A stretch of DNA of 64,000 nucleotides from a virus. Shown in pieces: positions 27,704 to 38,259 of this stretch (its first letter is position 1; each line of letters starts with the position of its first letter). Where the stretch lies: positions 1-64,000 of IMG/VR virus record IMGVR_UViG_3300047552_000481. One strand, given 5' to 3'. Under the pieces are notes generated by a model. The model ran no database searches, was not told the DNA's origin, and worked only from the letters and a program-made list of their open reading frames with translations. The position numbers and the translations under genes are program-made.

Positions 27704-28126
27704 ATGACAGATGATTTCATGATTCAGAACGATATTGGTGTAGAAGTGGTTTTAGAAGAAGAGGATGATTTCCTTAAGGTCCGAGAAACATTAGAACGGA
27801 TCGGAATTGCATCTTTTAAGGACAAGAAGTTTTTTCCTTCTTGTAATATTCTTCATAAGCGCAATAAGTATTATATTTGCCATTACAAATCACTTTTCAT
27901 TTTAGATAAGAAACCTTCAACAATTTCAGAATCGGATATTCAGCGTAGAAACGCAATTGCTCTATTACTAGAGGATTGGGGATTACTAAAAGTTCTGAAC
28001 CGAAAAGACTACGAAGAAAATAAGGTTGATGTTTCTCAACTAAGAATTTTAAAATACGGCGACAAAAATAATTGGGAAATTTGTCCTAAATATAATATTG
28101 GAAACAAGCGAAAGACGTATAAATAA
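27704..28126 (+). CDS. regA: Translational repressor RegA
   Basis: DDFLKVRETLERIGIAS, SCNILHK, RRNAIA.LLEDWGL. Confidence 0.95.
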   Translation: MTDDFMIQNDIGVEVVLEEEDDFLKVRETLERIGIASFKDKKFFPSCNILHKRNKYYICHYKSLFILDKKPSTISESDIQRRNAIALLLEDWGLLKVLNRKDYEENKVDVSQLRILKYGDKNNWEICPKYNIGNKRKTYK

Positions 28127-28218
28127 TTATATAGTCCTGAATCATGACTAAAAACTGATTCAACCCTATGCCTTCGGGATAGGAAATAACTTTAACTCGC
28201 TTAACAGGAGATAAAACT
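28118..28218 (+). promoter_or_regulatory. Late promoter and structured hsp20 5' UTR (pseudoknot, hairpin, ROSE-like SD hairpin)
   Basis: TATAAATA; TAGTC/GACTA stem whose loop TGAATCA is complementary to TGATTCA; CTCGCT-TAAC-AGGAG. Confidence 0.6.
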
Positions 28219-28668
28219 ATGACTACTTTACCACAATTAAAATCAGTCAACACCGTCACATTACCATCACTTTATTCCGATCCATTCCTAGTAGGATTCG
28301 ATAGGATTTTTGATGAACTGATGAAATTCTCTTCATCAGATAGGAAAAGTGTGGCATATCCACCATATAACATTATTAAAATTGATGAAAATAACTATGA
28401 AATTCAAATTGCCGTGGCTGGATTTGAAAAATCTGAATTGGATGTTTCAGTTGAAAATGCTCATTTGACCATCAAAGGGTCAAAAATTAAAGATGATGAA
28501 ACAACCTATATTCATCAAGGAATTGCTGCCAGAGATTTCATTCGTGAATTTACACTGGCAGAAACCGTAGAAATTGAGGACGTATCACTAAAATCAGGAA
28601 TGTTGTTTATTAAACTTAAAAACAATATTCCAGAACATAAACTCGCTCGGCAAATTCCAATTAAATAA
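28219..28668 (+). CDS. hsp20: Small heat shock protein (IbpA-like)
   Basis: YPPYNI, IAVAGF, YIHQGIAARDF.R.FTLAE. Confidence 0.95.
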   Translation: MTTLPQLKSVNTVTLPSLYSDPFLVGFDRIFDELMKFSSSDRKSVAYPPYNIIKIDENNYEIQIAVAGFEKSELDVSVENAHLTIKGSKIKDDETTYIHQGIAARDFIREFTLAETVEIEDVSLKSGMLFIKLKNNIPEHKLARQIPIK

Positions 28669-28678
28669 CCTGTGACCA

Positions 28679-28707
28679 GGGGGGAGTAAAATCCCCCCTT
28701 TACTTTT
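28679..28707 (+). terminator. Intrinsic terminator after hsp20, overlapping the -35 of the next promoter
   Basis: GGGGGGA-gtaaaa-TCCCCCC then tttactttt; TTTACT-N17-TATAAT at 28699-28727. Confidence 0.8.
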
Positions 28708-28753
28708 GTGTGTAGATGTGGTATAATGAGCTTCCATTTCAAAGGAGGATTTT

Positions 28754-28939
28754 ATGAAGCCAAAGAAAATTAAGCAACTCTATAAAGTAGTTGAATCGCT
28801 TGTAAATAAAGATCAATATTACACAGCAGATAGCTTTCCAACAAAAACAATTGATGGAAAGATTTATATTACTGTGAAAAAGAACCCAGGAGACAGACAG
28901 ACATTTTGGATGTTAAAAGAAAATATGAAATATGTATAG
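28754..28939 (+). CDS. Hypothetical protein
   Basis: AGGAGG SD. Confidence 0.6.
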   Translation: MKPKKIKQLYKVVESLVNKDQYYTADSFPTKTIDGKIYITVKKNPGDRQTFWMLKENMKYV

Positions 28940-28949
28940 GAGAACCAAA

Positions 28950-29339
28950 ATGAACGTAAAATATTTTTATCTACGTAATGACTATAATAATCGTGATGTA
29001 ACAATTGTAACGTCAGTAGTTCCAGAAAACAATAAATATCGAGTCGATTTCGCATGGGCATTTCGATCAAATCATGATCAATTTGTCAAGAAACTTGGTC
29101 GCGGAGTTGTTGATGTTCGTCTACAACTAAATGATCCAAATTATTCAGATACCATTTGGGTAGACGAAAAGAAGTCTCGAAAAATTAAATTCGAAATTCT
29201 CAAGAGACTTCTGACAAAAGAATCAACACCACAAAAGTATATTGAAGATATTTCTTGGTCTGCATACGAATTGGCTGCACAAAAACCAGAAGTTGATCCA
29301 TGGAAGAAAGAATGTAAAGCAGAGATTTTGAGCTTATGA
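28950..29339 (+). CDS. Hypothetical protein
   Basis: AGGAG SD; AFRS..DQFVKKLGR. Confidence 0.6.
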   Translation: MNVKYFYLRNDYNNRDVTIVTSVVPENNKYRVDFAWAFRSNHDQFVKKLGRGVVDVRLQLNDPNYSDTIWVDEKKSRKIKFEILKRLLTKESTPQKYIEDISWSAYELAAQKPEVDPWKKECKAEILSL

Positions 29340-29830
29340 AAAAGAAAATGATGGATTTTTACATGGATGTGGCCATTCGAACTTCGGCATTATCATCAGC
29401 TAAGAGATTAAAGGTTGGTTCTGTTTTAGTTAAAAATGATAACATAATCTCATTTAGTTGGAATGGTAATGCCAGAGGTCTTGATAATGAATGTGAATAT
29501 AAGTTATATAAACCAGAAAATGAAATTATAACTGATTGGTTTGACTTAAATGATAAGTATCCATATTCAGATCAAAATGGAAGATATACATTAAAAACGA
29601 AAGAAACTGTTACTCATGCTGAAGAAGCTATGTTAATGAAAATGGCTTCTTCACATGAATCTGCCGAAGGTGCCACATTATTTTGTACTCATGCGTGTTG
29701 TATGCAATGTGCCAAATTAATATTCGGTGCGAAGATTAAACAGTTCATCTATATGAATGAATATAGAAGTTCAGATGGACCTAATTTTTTAGAACAAATG
29801 GGAATAGAGGTTATAAGATATGTCAAATAA
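29336..29830 (+). CDS. cd: dCMP deaminase
   Basis: S.AKRLKVG, HAEE, CMQC. Confidence 0.9.
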   Translation: MKKKMMDFYMDVAIRTSALSSAKRLKVGSVLVKNDNIISFSWNGNARGLDNECEYKLYKPENEIITDWFDLNDKYPYSDQNGRYTLKTKETVTHAEEAMLMKMASSHESAEGATLFCTHACCMQCAKLIFGAKIKQFIYMNEYRSSDGPNFLEQMGIEVIRYVK

Positions 29831-30212
29831 TTGTGAAGTAGAATTCAATAGATTATCATTAAAGCCGGGTGATGATCTTGTCATTAAAGTAAATACCGAT
29901 GGCTTAACAGAAGAACAAGCAGTAAATAGATTACAAGATATCGCAGATGATCCATTTGTAGAATATATTAGAGATAAGGGTCATAAAGTATACATTTCAT
30001 ATACTGGTGTTGATATCTCAATCTTAAGATTGGAAGAAAATGATAAAGTAATTGTTAATGCTGATGTAACAGGAATGAATGAACAGGAAATTAAGAAATA
30101 TATTGATTATGTTGAATTTAAATTATCATCAAATATTGATAAAGAAAGATTGGTCATTGTTCCAAAGCATAAACAAACAGATGTTAAAGTTTTGAAGGAG
30201 GATAAGAAATGA
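29820..30212 (+). CDS. Hypothetical protein with internal two-fold repeat
   Basis: L.LK.GD.LVIKVNTDGLTE vs LRLEENDKVIVNADVTGMNE. Confidence 0.6.
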   Translation: MSNNCEVEFNRLSLKPGDDLVIKVNTDGLTEEQAVNRLQDIADDPFVEYIRDKGHKVYISYTGVDISILRLEENDKVIVNADVTGMNEQEIKKYIDYVEFKLSSNIDKERLVIVPKHKQTDVKVLKEDKK

Positions 30213-30505
30213 GTATTGTTGGTCTAAAATTAGTTACTGGTGAAGATATCGTTGCTGAAAGTATGGAAACCCTAAATTATTATAAAAATCCAGTTCAGGT
30301 TGCAATTGTTCCAAATCGAACTGGACAAACACAAGCAATGTTTGTGCCATTTCCACAATTAGCAAAATCTTCATCGAGTCGAGAAATATTTCTTCATGAT
30401 TCTTTTGTTATTTGTAAATATGATGTTGACTTGGAGGTAGAAAACCAGTATAATTCAATGTTTGGATCTGGTCTAGTTGTTCCTCCAAAGGGGTCATTTA
30501 TCTAG
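30209..30505 (+). CDS. Conserved T4-like Sm-like protein preceding gp43
   Basis: LKLVTGEDIVAE..NPV..QYNSMFGSGLVVP. Confidence 0.75.
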   Translation: MSIVGLKLVTGEDIVAESMETLNYYKNPVQVAIVPNRTGQTQAMFVPFPQLAKSSSSREIFLHDSFVICKYDVDLEVENQYNSMFGSGLVVPPKGSFI

Positions 30506-30513
30506 GAGACGAA

Positions 30514-33075
30514 ATGAATTTTTACATCAATGCGAGAGTTTATGGTAATAATATTCTTTACACAGGAATAGAAAACTCAAAGAAGATTCGGGCTAAAATT
30601 CCATATAGGCCGAAATTATACATTCCTTCCAAAACGACATCCCCGTATCAGACGATTTATGGGGATTATCTTCAAGAACTAGAACCGGGCGATATTAAAG
30701 AAACCCGAGATTTTATTCGACAATATGAGAATGTCGAGAATTTCAAAATCTATGGAAACACCAAATTCGAATATTGTTATATTTCCGATCAATTTCCAAA
30801 TGATATTGAATATGATATTGGAAACATTAGAATAGCGATTGTTGATATCGAAGTTAATTCTGATCCAGAAACAGGTGGTTTTTCATCACCAGAAAATCCA
30901 TTTCAACCAATTACAGCAATTACATTAAAATTCCTAAATGAACCCAAGTATCATGTATTTTCATGTGGTCATTTTGATGCTCCAGATAATGTAATTTATT
31001 ATAATTGTAATTCAGAAGAACATTTGGCTTCCAAATTTATTCAAATCTGGTCCGAAAACCACCCTGATATCGTCTCCGGTTGGATGTCATCAAATTTTGA
31101 TATCAATTATATTGTAAACCGATTTAATCGAATTTTAGATTCGTCAGAAGTAAATAAGTTATCTCCTTGGCATATTGTTAAACAAACTAATAGAAAGGAA
31201 TTTAATGAGAAATTCAGTAGATATGAAGAAACTCTGAAAACAGAAATCTTTGGTATATCCCAATTGGATTATCTTGAATTATACAAGAAACATTTTCCAG
31301 GAGGAAATTCTAGAGAATCACATAAATTAGATTTCATCTGTGAATTAGAAATCAATGAAAAGAAAGTTGAATATGACGGATCACTTCATAAATTATATAC
31401 CGAAGATTTCGACAAATTTATTAGATATAATATTAAAGACGTTGAACTCGTTGAAAATCTAGATAAGAAATGTAAACTATTTGAACTGGCTTTAATGCTT
31501 GCATACATTTCAAAATCAAATTATGAAGATGTATTCAAACAAACTAGAATGTGGGATTCATTAATTTATGGATTTCTAAAACAAAAAGGTATTCAAGTTC
31601 CACAGACGGAACATGATAATGATGGATCATATGAAGGAGCATTTGTTAAAGATCCGATTTTAGGTATGCATAGGTGGGTTGTTTCATTAGACGCAACTTC
31701 ACTATACCCATCTATTATTATGGGCAAGAATATTAGTCCAGAAACATTGGTAACATCCTATAATTCTGATCTTAATAAAATCAAATCTCAAAACGCAAAT
31801 GTTAATTCATTATTGAATAAAACTGTAGATTTGTCAGCATTGAAAGATAACAACGTTGGGATCGCAGCAAATGGTCATTTTTTCAAAAATGATAAGAAAG
31901 GATTTCTCCCAGAAATTGTAGAAAAGTATTTTAATCAAAGGGTTATCTTCAAGAAGGAAAAGTTAAGACTAGAAGCTGAATGTGAGAAATTAAAGAAATC
32001 GAAAACTAATAAAGCAAAGGTGGAAGAATTGAAATATCAGATTGCCAAATTTGATACCATGCAATGGGCAATCAAGATCTTCTTGAATTCGCTATACGGC
32101 TCAATAGCAAACAAGTATTTTAGGTTTTTTGATTTAAGGTTGGCCGAAGCAATTACATTAGAAGGACAACTTTCGATTCAATGGGCAGAAAAGTATTTAA
32201 ATCAATATCTTAACAATTTACTCAAGACGGATAAAGATTATGTTATCGCATGTGACACAGATTCATTATTATTTTATCTCTCTGATTTAGTTAATAAGTT
32301 TTATCCCCCGGAAGCTCAACAGGATAAGAGCAAGATTATTGAATTTCTAATTAAGGTTATTGATAAGAAGATTCAGCCATATGTAAATTTTATATGTGAA
32401 GATTTGTGTTCATATGTAAATTCATATGAGAATAAGATTAATTTTAAGGTTGAGAAGATTTGTTCTGCAGGTATTTGGACAGCCAAGAAAAGATATGCAT
32501 TAAGTGTTTATTCTAATGAAGGAGTTATTTATTCTGAACCAAAAACCAAAGTAACCGGATTAGAAGTTATCAAGTCTTCTACGCCAAAAGTTATCAGGGA
32601 TAAGATTAAGAAATGTATTGAGATTATGCTCAACTCAACTGAACCGGAATTGATTGATTATATTGCAACAGTTGATAAGGAATTCAAATCTTTTCCTGTA
32701 GAAATGATTGCATTCCCAAGGGGCGTTAATGGGGTGTCTAAATATTATGACTCAACGACATTGTATAAGAAAGGCACTCCACTACATGTTCGTGGAGCAT
32801 TATTACATAATAAGTTTGTCAAGGATAACAAATTATCACAATATGAATTGATTAAAGATGGAGACAAAATTAAGTATTGTTATCTGAAAATGCCCAATAA
32901 GTTAAAGGAAAATGTAATTGCATTTGTTGATAAGCTGCCTGTTGAATTTGACTTGACAACGTATGTTGACTATGATATAATGTTTGAGAAGGTATTCAAA
33001 GAACCAGTCAAAACATTGTCCAATGTGATTGGGTGGAAAATTGAAAAGAGTTTTAATATAGAAGATTTTATCTGA
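30514..33075 (+). CDS. gp43: Family B DNA polymerase
   Basis: DIEV exonuclease motif, DATSLYPSII, KIFLNSLYG, DTDS, KKRY. Confidence 0.97.
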   Translation: MNFYINARVYGNNILYTGIENSKKIRAKIPYRPKLYIPSKTTSPYQTIYGDYLQELEPGDIKETRDFIRQYENVENFKIYGNTKFEYCYISDQFPNDIEYDIGNIRIAIVDIEVNSDPETGGFSSPENPFQPITAITLKFLNEPKYHVFSCGHFDAPDNVIYYNCNSEEHLASKFIQIWSENHPDIVSGWMSSNFDINYIVNRFNRILDSSEVNKLSPWHIVKQTNRKEFNEKFSRYEETLKTEIFGISQLDYLELYKKHFPGGNSRESHKLDFICELEINEKKVEYDGSLHKLYTEDFDKFIRYNIKDVELVENLDKKCKLFELALMLAYISKSNYEDVFKQTRMWDSLIYGFLKQKGIQVPQTEHDNDGSYEGAFVKDPILGMHRWVVSLDATSLYPSIIMGKNISPETLVTSYNSDLNKIKSQNANVNSLLNKTVDLSALKDNNVGIAANGHFFKNDKKGFLPEIVEKYFNQRVIFKKEKLRLEAECEKLKKSKTNKAKVEELKYQIAKFDTMQWAIKIFLNSLYGSIANKYFRFFDLRLAEAITLEGQLSIQWAEKYLNQYLNNLLKTDKDYVIACDTDSLLFYLSDLVNKFYPPEAQQDKSKIIEFLIKVIDKKIQPYVNFICEDLCSYVNSYENKINFKVEKICSAGIWTAKKRYALSVYSNEGVIYSEPKTKVTGLEVIKSSTPKVIRDKIKKCIEIMLNSTEPELIDYIATVDKEFKSFPVEMIAFPRGVNGVSKYYDSTTLYKKGTPLHVRGALLHNKFVKDNKLSQYELIKDGDKIKYCYLKMPNKLKENVIAFVDKLPVEFDLTTYVDYDIMFEKVFKEPVKTLSNVIGWKIEKSFNIEDFI

Positions 33076-33082
33076 GGTAAAT

Positions 33083-33517
33083 ATGGAAACAACTAAACCA
33101 AAAAAGAGAACTAAAAAGGTTGATGACTCGATCAAGAATTTTAGTTTCGTTGAAATTGAAGCAATTATTATTGAGATCCATGCCATAGAAGATATGGAAG
33201 ATGAAGATTCTGATGAAATTATGTACAATTCACATCTAATTATGAATCTAGATGATTATTCTGGAACCAAAAAGATTTTGGTCACACCAACAGAAATTTT
33301 TGATTCGTGTCCGTCATGTTGCACGTTACAAACAATTCTAACAGTTAAGAATATGTTTAGTTGTATTCATAATACCGCATATGTGTATGATTCGGATCAT
33401 GAACTTATTGAAGAATATGATTTAGATGATTTGCTAAAATCATATTTTGAAAATCATATGGATAATGAAATGGAGGAAATTGAAAACTCACCATCACAAC
33501 ATCGTGTACTTCACTGA
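33083..33517 (+). CDS. Acidic hypothetical protein
   Basis: GAGG SD; CPSCC. Confidence 0.6.
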   Translation: METTKPKKRTKKVDDSIKNFSFVEIEAIIIEIHAIEDMEDEDSDEIMYNSHLIMNLDDYSGTKKILVTPTEIFDSCPSCCTLQTILTVKNMFSCIHNTAYVYDSDHELIEEYDLDDLLKSYFENHMDNEMEEIENSPSQHRVLH

Positions 33518-33553
33518 GGAATACTATGAGTAAGTTACTTTGTAAATTTCGTG

Positions 33554-33582
33554 TATAAATATTGACGTGGGGTAACTCCCCA
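33554..33582 (+). promoter_or_regulatory. Late promoter plus hairpin ahead of endonuclease gene
   Basis: TATAAATA then GTGGGG-taact-CCCCAC. Confidence 0.7.
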
Positions 33583-33612
33583 CATTAAAACAATCAGTAC
33601 ACGGAGATACAC

Positions 33613-34452
33613 ATGAAAAACAAAGTAACTTACAAATTAATGATAAAAATACACAGAAAAACAAAATTGAAATATCTGTGTATGACCAAGAAAAATGATT
33701 ATAAGAAATATACCGGATCTGGTAAATATTGGAAACTACATTTAAAAGTTCACGGAAAGGATATTAAAACAATTTTAATATTTGAAACTGAAAGTGAAGA
33801 AGAATTGGCTAAAGTGGGATTATACTTTTCCAAAAAATACAATATTGTAGAATCTGATGATTGGGCAAATTTAAAATTTGAGTGTGGGTATGATGGTGAT
33901 CCAGATGTAGGATATCGAATAGGTAGATCTAATTATCATAGAAAAATTGGAATACATGATCCAAAATATAAACACCTTAAAGTAATTTGGTCAAAAAAGG
34001 GTGGTGTAATCGGTGGAAAGAAAACCCGTGAGAATAAAAGTGGGATATTTTCTGGTGATTGGGACAGATCAGCACAATCAATTAAAAATTATGAGAATGG
34101 TATAGGATTCTCATCGATTCCATTGGAAGACAAAAGAAAAAATGGTAGAATAGGTGGAAGTATAAGTAGAGATATGAAATTGGGCATTTTTGGAGCTTCA
34201 AAAGAAGATAAAACCAGATGGGCAAAAGAAAACGGAAGTTTGGGTGGAATACGTTGTAGGGATGAAAAATTAGGAATGTTTAAAAGGACCAGAGAAAATT
34301 TTTTAAAAGATTGTAGTGATGCTGGAAAAATTGGAGGAAAGGTTGTTGGTAGTATGTTGTGGTGGAATAATGGACAAATCAATAAGAAAAGTAATGAATG
34401 TCCAGGCGAAGGATTTGTTCGTGGTCAACTTAAAAAGTCAAAAGGTAAATAA
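33613..34452 (+). CDS. GIY-YIG-like homing endonuclease with Gly-rich repeats
   Basis: LMIKIH..LKYLC.T..Y.GSGKYW..HL..WANL..E; GG..GG..K.GIF repeats; WWNNG. Confidence 0.75.
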   Translation: MKNKVTYKLMIKIHRKTKLKYLCMTKKNDYKKYTGSGKYWKLHLKVHGKDIKTILIFETESEEELAKVGLYFSKKYNIVESDDWANLKFECGYDGDPDVGYRIGRSNYHRKIGIHDPKYKHLKVIWSKKGGVIGGKKTRENKSGIFSGDWDRSAQSIKNYENGIGFSSIPLEDKRKNGRIGGSISRDMKLGIFGASKEDKTRWAKENGSLGGIRCRDEKLGMFKRTRENFLKDCSDAGKIGGKVVGSMLWWNNGQINKKSNECPGEGFVRGQLKKSKGK

Positions 34453-34453
34453 T

Positions 34454-35497
34454 ATGGGTAACTTATTAGATAAAATAATGAAAGCTGGTACAATAAAACA
34501 CGCTGAAATTTTGTCAGAATCTTCTTTCTTTAATACTAAAGATGTAATTAAAACTAATTTGCCAATATTAAATTTGGCGTTTTCAGGTAATCTTGATGGT
34601 GGAATTGTTCCAGGTATAACCGTATTTGCTGGAATATCAAAATCATTTAAAACCTTATTAGGTTTATACTGTATGAAAGCCTATTTTGATAAGTATCCAG
34701 ATGCAATTGCACTAGTTTATGATTCTGAATTTGGAATTACTCCTGAATATTTGGTATCAAATGAAATTGATACCAACAGAGTAATCCATATTCCAGTAGA
34801 ACACGTTGAACAACTAAAATTTGACATTGTTAAAAGATTGGAACAAATTTCTCGTGGTGATAAAGTTTTTATTTTAATAGATTCTTTGGGGGCAGTACCA
34901 TCTAAAAAGGAATTGGATGATGCCATAGACGAAAAATCTGTAGCAGATTTAAGTAGAGCAAAATCGATCCGCAGCCTAATTCGTATTATTACGCCCCATA
35001 TCACCATGAAAGATATTCCATTGATTATTGTTAATCACGTTTATCAATCAATGGAATTATACTCTAAACCTGTTGTTGGAGGAGGAACATCAGTTATTTA
35101 TGCTGCTAATCAGGTGTTTATTATAACAAAGGCACAAGAAAAGGACGGCACCGAATTAACGGGATTTAATTTTACAATTAACATAGAAAAGTCTCGCTTT
35201 GTAAAAGAAAAATCAAAATTTCCGTTTTTAGTTTCATTCGAATCTGGCATTTCAAAATGGTCTGGTTTGATGGATATCGCATTAGAATTGAATTTTTGCA
35301 CCAAACCGGTGCAAGGGTGGTATTCTAGAGTTAACGTCAAGACTGGAGAAATTGAAGAAAAAAGATATCGTTTAAAAGACACCAATAATTCTGAATTCTG
35401 GACACCCATTTTAAATTCCCAAGAATTCAAAGATGCTGTCTATAATAAATATGCTCTTTCAGCACACAAATTAATGGAGGTAGAAAATGACGTATGA
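34454..35497 (+). CDS. uvsX: RecA-like recombinase UvsX
   Basis: AGISKSFKT, YDSEFG, DSLG, VNH.Y, EKSRFVKEK. Confidence 0.96.
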   Translation: MGNLLDKIMKAGTIKHAEILSESSFFNTKDVIKTNLPILNLAFSGNLDGGIVPGITVFAGISKSFKTLLGLYCMKAYFDKYPDAIALVYDSEFGITPEYLVSNEIDTNRVIHIPVEHVEQLKFDIVKRLEQISRGDKVFILIDSLGAVPSKKELDDAIDEKSVADLSRAKSIRSLIRIITPHITMKDIPLIIVNHVYQSMELYSKPVVGGGTSVIYAANQVFIITKAQEKDGTELTGFNFTINIEKSRFVKEKSKFPFLVSFESGISKWSGLMDIALELNFCTKPVQGWYSRVNVKTGEIEEKRYRLKDTNNSEFWTPILNSQEFKDAVYNKYALSAHKLMEVENDV

Positions 35498-35810
35498 AGA
35501 TATTCAAGAAAATATTGATTTTAAGTTTATCGTGGACGATTCAATTGTTACAATAGAACTTTTAGATGAAAAGTATTCTGGAGTTAAATATCAGTATGGA
35601 AAGGTTGAATTTGATGAAGATGAAGAAAACGACCAATGTTATTTAAATTTCAATTATGATGTTGTCGATTCCAACGGATTAGAACTGGATAATGACGACG
35701 AATTTAAAAATTATATTGGTACTATTTTAGTCTCATGTGTATCAAAATATGCAACTGGAGTTCTGAATGAAAATAGAACAGACGATTCTAAAGAATCTAA
35801 TTTACAATGA
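35487..35810 (+). CDS. Conserved acidic T4-like protein between uvsX and gp41
   Basis: YSGVKYQYGKV..LNFNYDV..F.NYIG.IL. Confidence 0.65.
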   Translation: MTYEDIQENIDFKFIVDDSIVTIELLDEKYSGVKYQYGKVEFDEDEENDQCYLNFNYDVVDSNGLELDNDDEFKNYIGTILVSCVSKYATGVLNENRTDDSKESNLQ

Positions 35811-37146
35811 AGAATATGTTAAAAAGGTTCTCCCATTCCTTAAAGATGAATACTTTTTAGACAATACTGAAAAATTATTATTTACAAACATTATTGACTT
35901 TATAACAGCATATAACACAACACCAACATATGAAACGATCCTAATTCAGTTAAATGATTCCAATATCACAGAAAATGAATATGAACATTCAATTGAATTA
36001 TTAAATGCCATCAATGAATCGAAAAACGAAGAAGTAAAGATAGATTGGCTTATTACCAAAACAGAAGATTTCTGTAAAAACCAAGCCATCTATAATGCTA
36101 TTAAAGAATCCATTCATATCATTGATGGTAAATCTAAAACATTAGAAAAAGGAGCAATACCTAAAATTTTATCAGATGCATTATCAATAAGTTTTGATAC
36201 TAATATCGGTCACGATTTCATTGAGAATTGGGAAGATCGATATGAGTATTATCATAGACAAGAAGAAAAGATCCCATTCGATCTCTCCTTCTTTAATAAA
36301 ATAACTAAAAATGGATTCGGTCGCAAAAGTTTAAACCTGTTTATCGGTGCACCACATTCTGGTAAAACACTTTTCGGAATCCATTTTACGGCAAATTATT
36401 TGGTAAGAGGAAAAAACGTTCTGTATATTACTCTAGAAATGTCTGAAGAAGAAATTGCCAAAAGAATTGATGCAAACATTTCTAATATGACAATTGATGA
36501 AATCGAAAATCTCGATAAAACGCCATTCGAAAAGTATATCCAGAAACTAAAAATCAAGACTGTTGGGAAATTAATTATTAAACAATTTCCAACTGGTCAA
36601 GGTCATGTTGGACATTTCAATGCTTTGATAAATGAATTACGATTGAAAAAGAATTTTGTGGCAGATGTTATTGTTGTTGATTATCTAGGTATTTGTGCAT
36701 CTATAAGATATAAAAGTGCCACAAATGTGAACTCGTATAATTATGTTAAAGCAATCTCAGAAGAATTGCGCGGTCTAGCAATTGAACATGATGTTCCATT
36801 AATTTCTATGGGACAATTAAATCGGTCTGGTGCTGGTAATTCTGATCCAGAAATGGGAGACGTATCAGAATCTTTTGGCTTAAACTTTACCGGAGATAGC
36901 ATTTTTGGTATTATTAGATCTAATGAATTGAAAGAGTTGGGCCAGGTATTAGTTAAGCAATTTAAGAATAGATACCGAGATATGAGTCTTAATAATAAGT
37001 TTTTGTTAGGAGTAGACACATCGCGCATGAAACTTTATGATTTGGAAACATCTGCTCAAAATGAAATAGTACAGGATATTGAGTATAAACCGACGGAACC
37101 AAAAAATAAGTTTAACACCAATTTTGATGATTTTAAGTTTGAATAA
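35767..37146 (+). CDS. gp41: Replicative helicase
   Basis: IEQTILKNL, GKT, YITLEM, VDYLGI, Q.NRSG, KNRY. Confidence 0.95.
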   Translation: MKIEQTILKNLIYNEEYVKKVLPFLKDEYFLDNTEKLLFTNIIDFITAYNTTPTYETILIQLNDSNITENEYEHSIELLNAINESKNEEVKIDWLITKTEDFCKNQAIYNAIKESIHIIDGKSKTLEKGAIPKILSDALSISFDTNIGHDFIENWEDRYEYYHRQEEKIPFDLSFFNKITKNGFGRKSLNLFIGAPHSGKTLFGIHFTANYLVRGKNVLYITLEMSEEEIAKRIDANISNMTIDEIENLDKTPFEKYIQKLKIKTVGKLIIKQFPTGQGHVGHFNALINELRLKKNFVADVIVVDYLGICASIRYKSATNVNSYNYVKAISEELRGLAIEHDVPLISMGQLNRSGAGNSDPEMGDVSESFGLNFTGDSIFGIIRSNELKELGQVLVKQFKNRYRDMSLNNKFLLGVDTSRMKLYDLETSAQNEIVQDIEYKPTEPKNKFNTNFDDFKFE

Positions 37147-38259
37147 TGAAAAAATTAAGTTTAGAGGATTTTAATAATAGATTAAAAGAGAAAGGTATAA
37201 AATATACGTGTTTAGTATATTATAATACTCGTGAAATTACAGAATTTTCCTGTCCAGAACTGGATCATCCTAATTTTTATGCTAGACCAGATGATATTTT
37301 ATATGAAAAGAAGAAGTGTCCATGCTGCACAGGCAAAATTACAAAACACACTTTGGAATCTTTTAATATTAAATTAGAAGAAGTTGGAATAAAATATCGA
37401 TGTGTGGATTATGTTGCTGCAAAAAAATTATCATCGTTTGCTTGTCCAGAATCATGTCATCCTAATTTTTATGCATATCCTGATGATATATTTAGAGGAA
37501 AAAAGAGTTGCCCATGTTGTACAAGTGATAGAGAATCTTGGATGAATTTTAGATTAAAATCTAAAAATATAGCATACACTTGTGAAACATATAATGGGTC
37601 TGATAAAAAGTCCGAATTTTCCTGTCCAGAACCAGATCATCCTAATTTTTGGTGTGATCCAGATGATGTTTTTAAAGAGTTGAGAGGGTGTCCAATTTGT
37701 ACTAATTATGTTGAGCGTAATAATTGGGATACCGAATCATATGATAAATTATTATTGAGTAAAAATATTGTTGCATATGGGTTTGTTGGGAGTAATATAA
37801 AAATTAAACACGAGTGTCTTGTGTGTGAATATGGAAAAGATGGTGAGTGGTACACAAAACCGATATACCTTATATATCATGATTCTGGTTGTCCAAATTG
37901 TGCAGACTATACATTTGATTTGAATAAAAATGCAATATTATATTACATCAAAATATATCATAATGATAACATACTTTATAAAATTGGAATAACAACGAGA
38001 ACAATAAAGAAGCGGTTGGTTGGAGAACGTATAAAATATGATGTTTTATTTTCAAAAAAATATGAAATTGGTAGAGATGCCAAACGTGTTGAAACTTTAA
38101 TTTTGGAAAAATATAATCATCACAAATATGACGGAGATAAAATATTAAGATATACTGGAAATACTGAAATTTTTATATGTGATATTTTTGGCGGCACTTA
38201 TGATTTGACTGAGCTTGAAGAATGTGATATAATGGGTGTTGATGATTTTAAGTTTGAAT
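37124..38259 (+). repeat. 21-bp direct repeat flanking the endonuclease gene
   Basis: ttgatgattttaagtttgaat at 37124-37144 and 38239-38259. Confidence 0.85.

Noticed and set aside
33960-34350. KGG-type stress protein
   Set aside because: The Gly-rich repeats are the tail of a GIY-YIG-like endonuclease ORF
30514-37146. Inteins or introns in gp43, uvsX and gp41
   Set aside because: All are continuous and of normal length, with no splicing motifs
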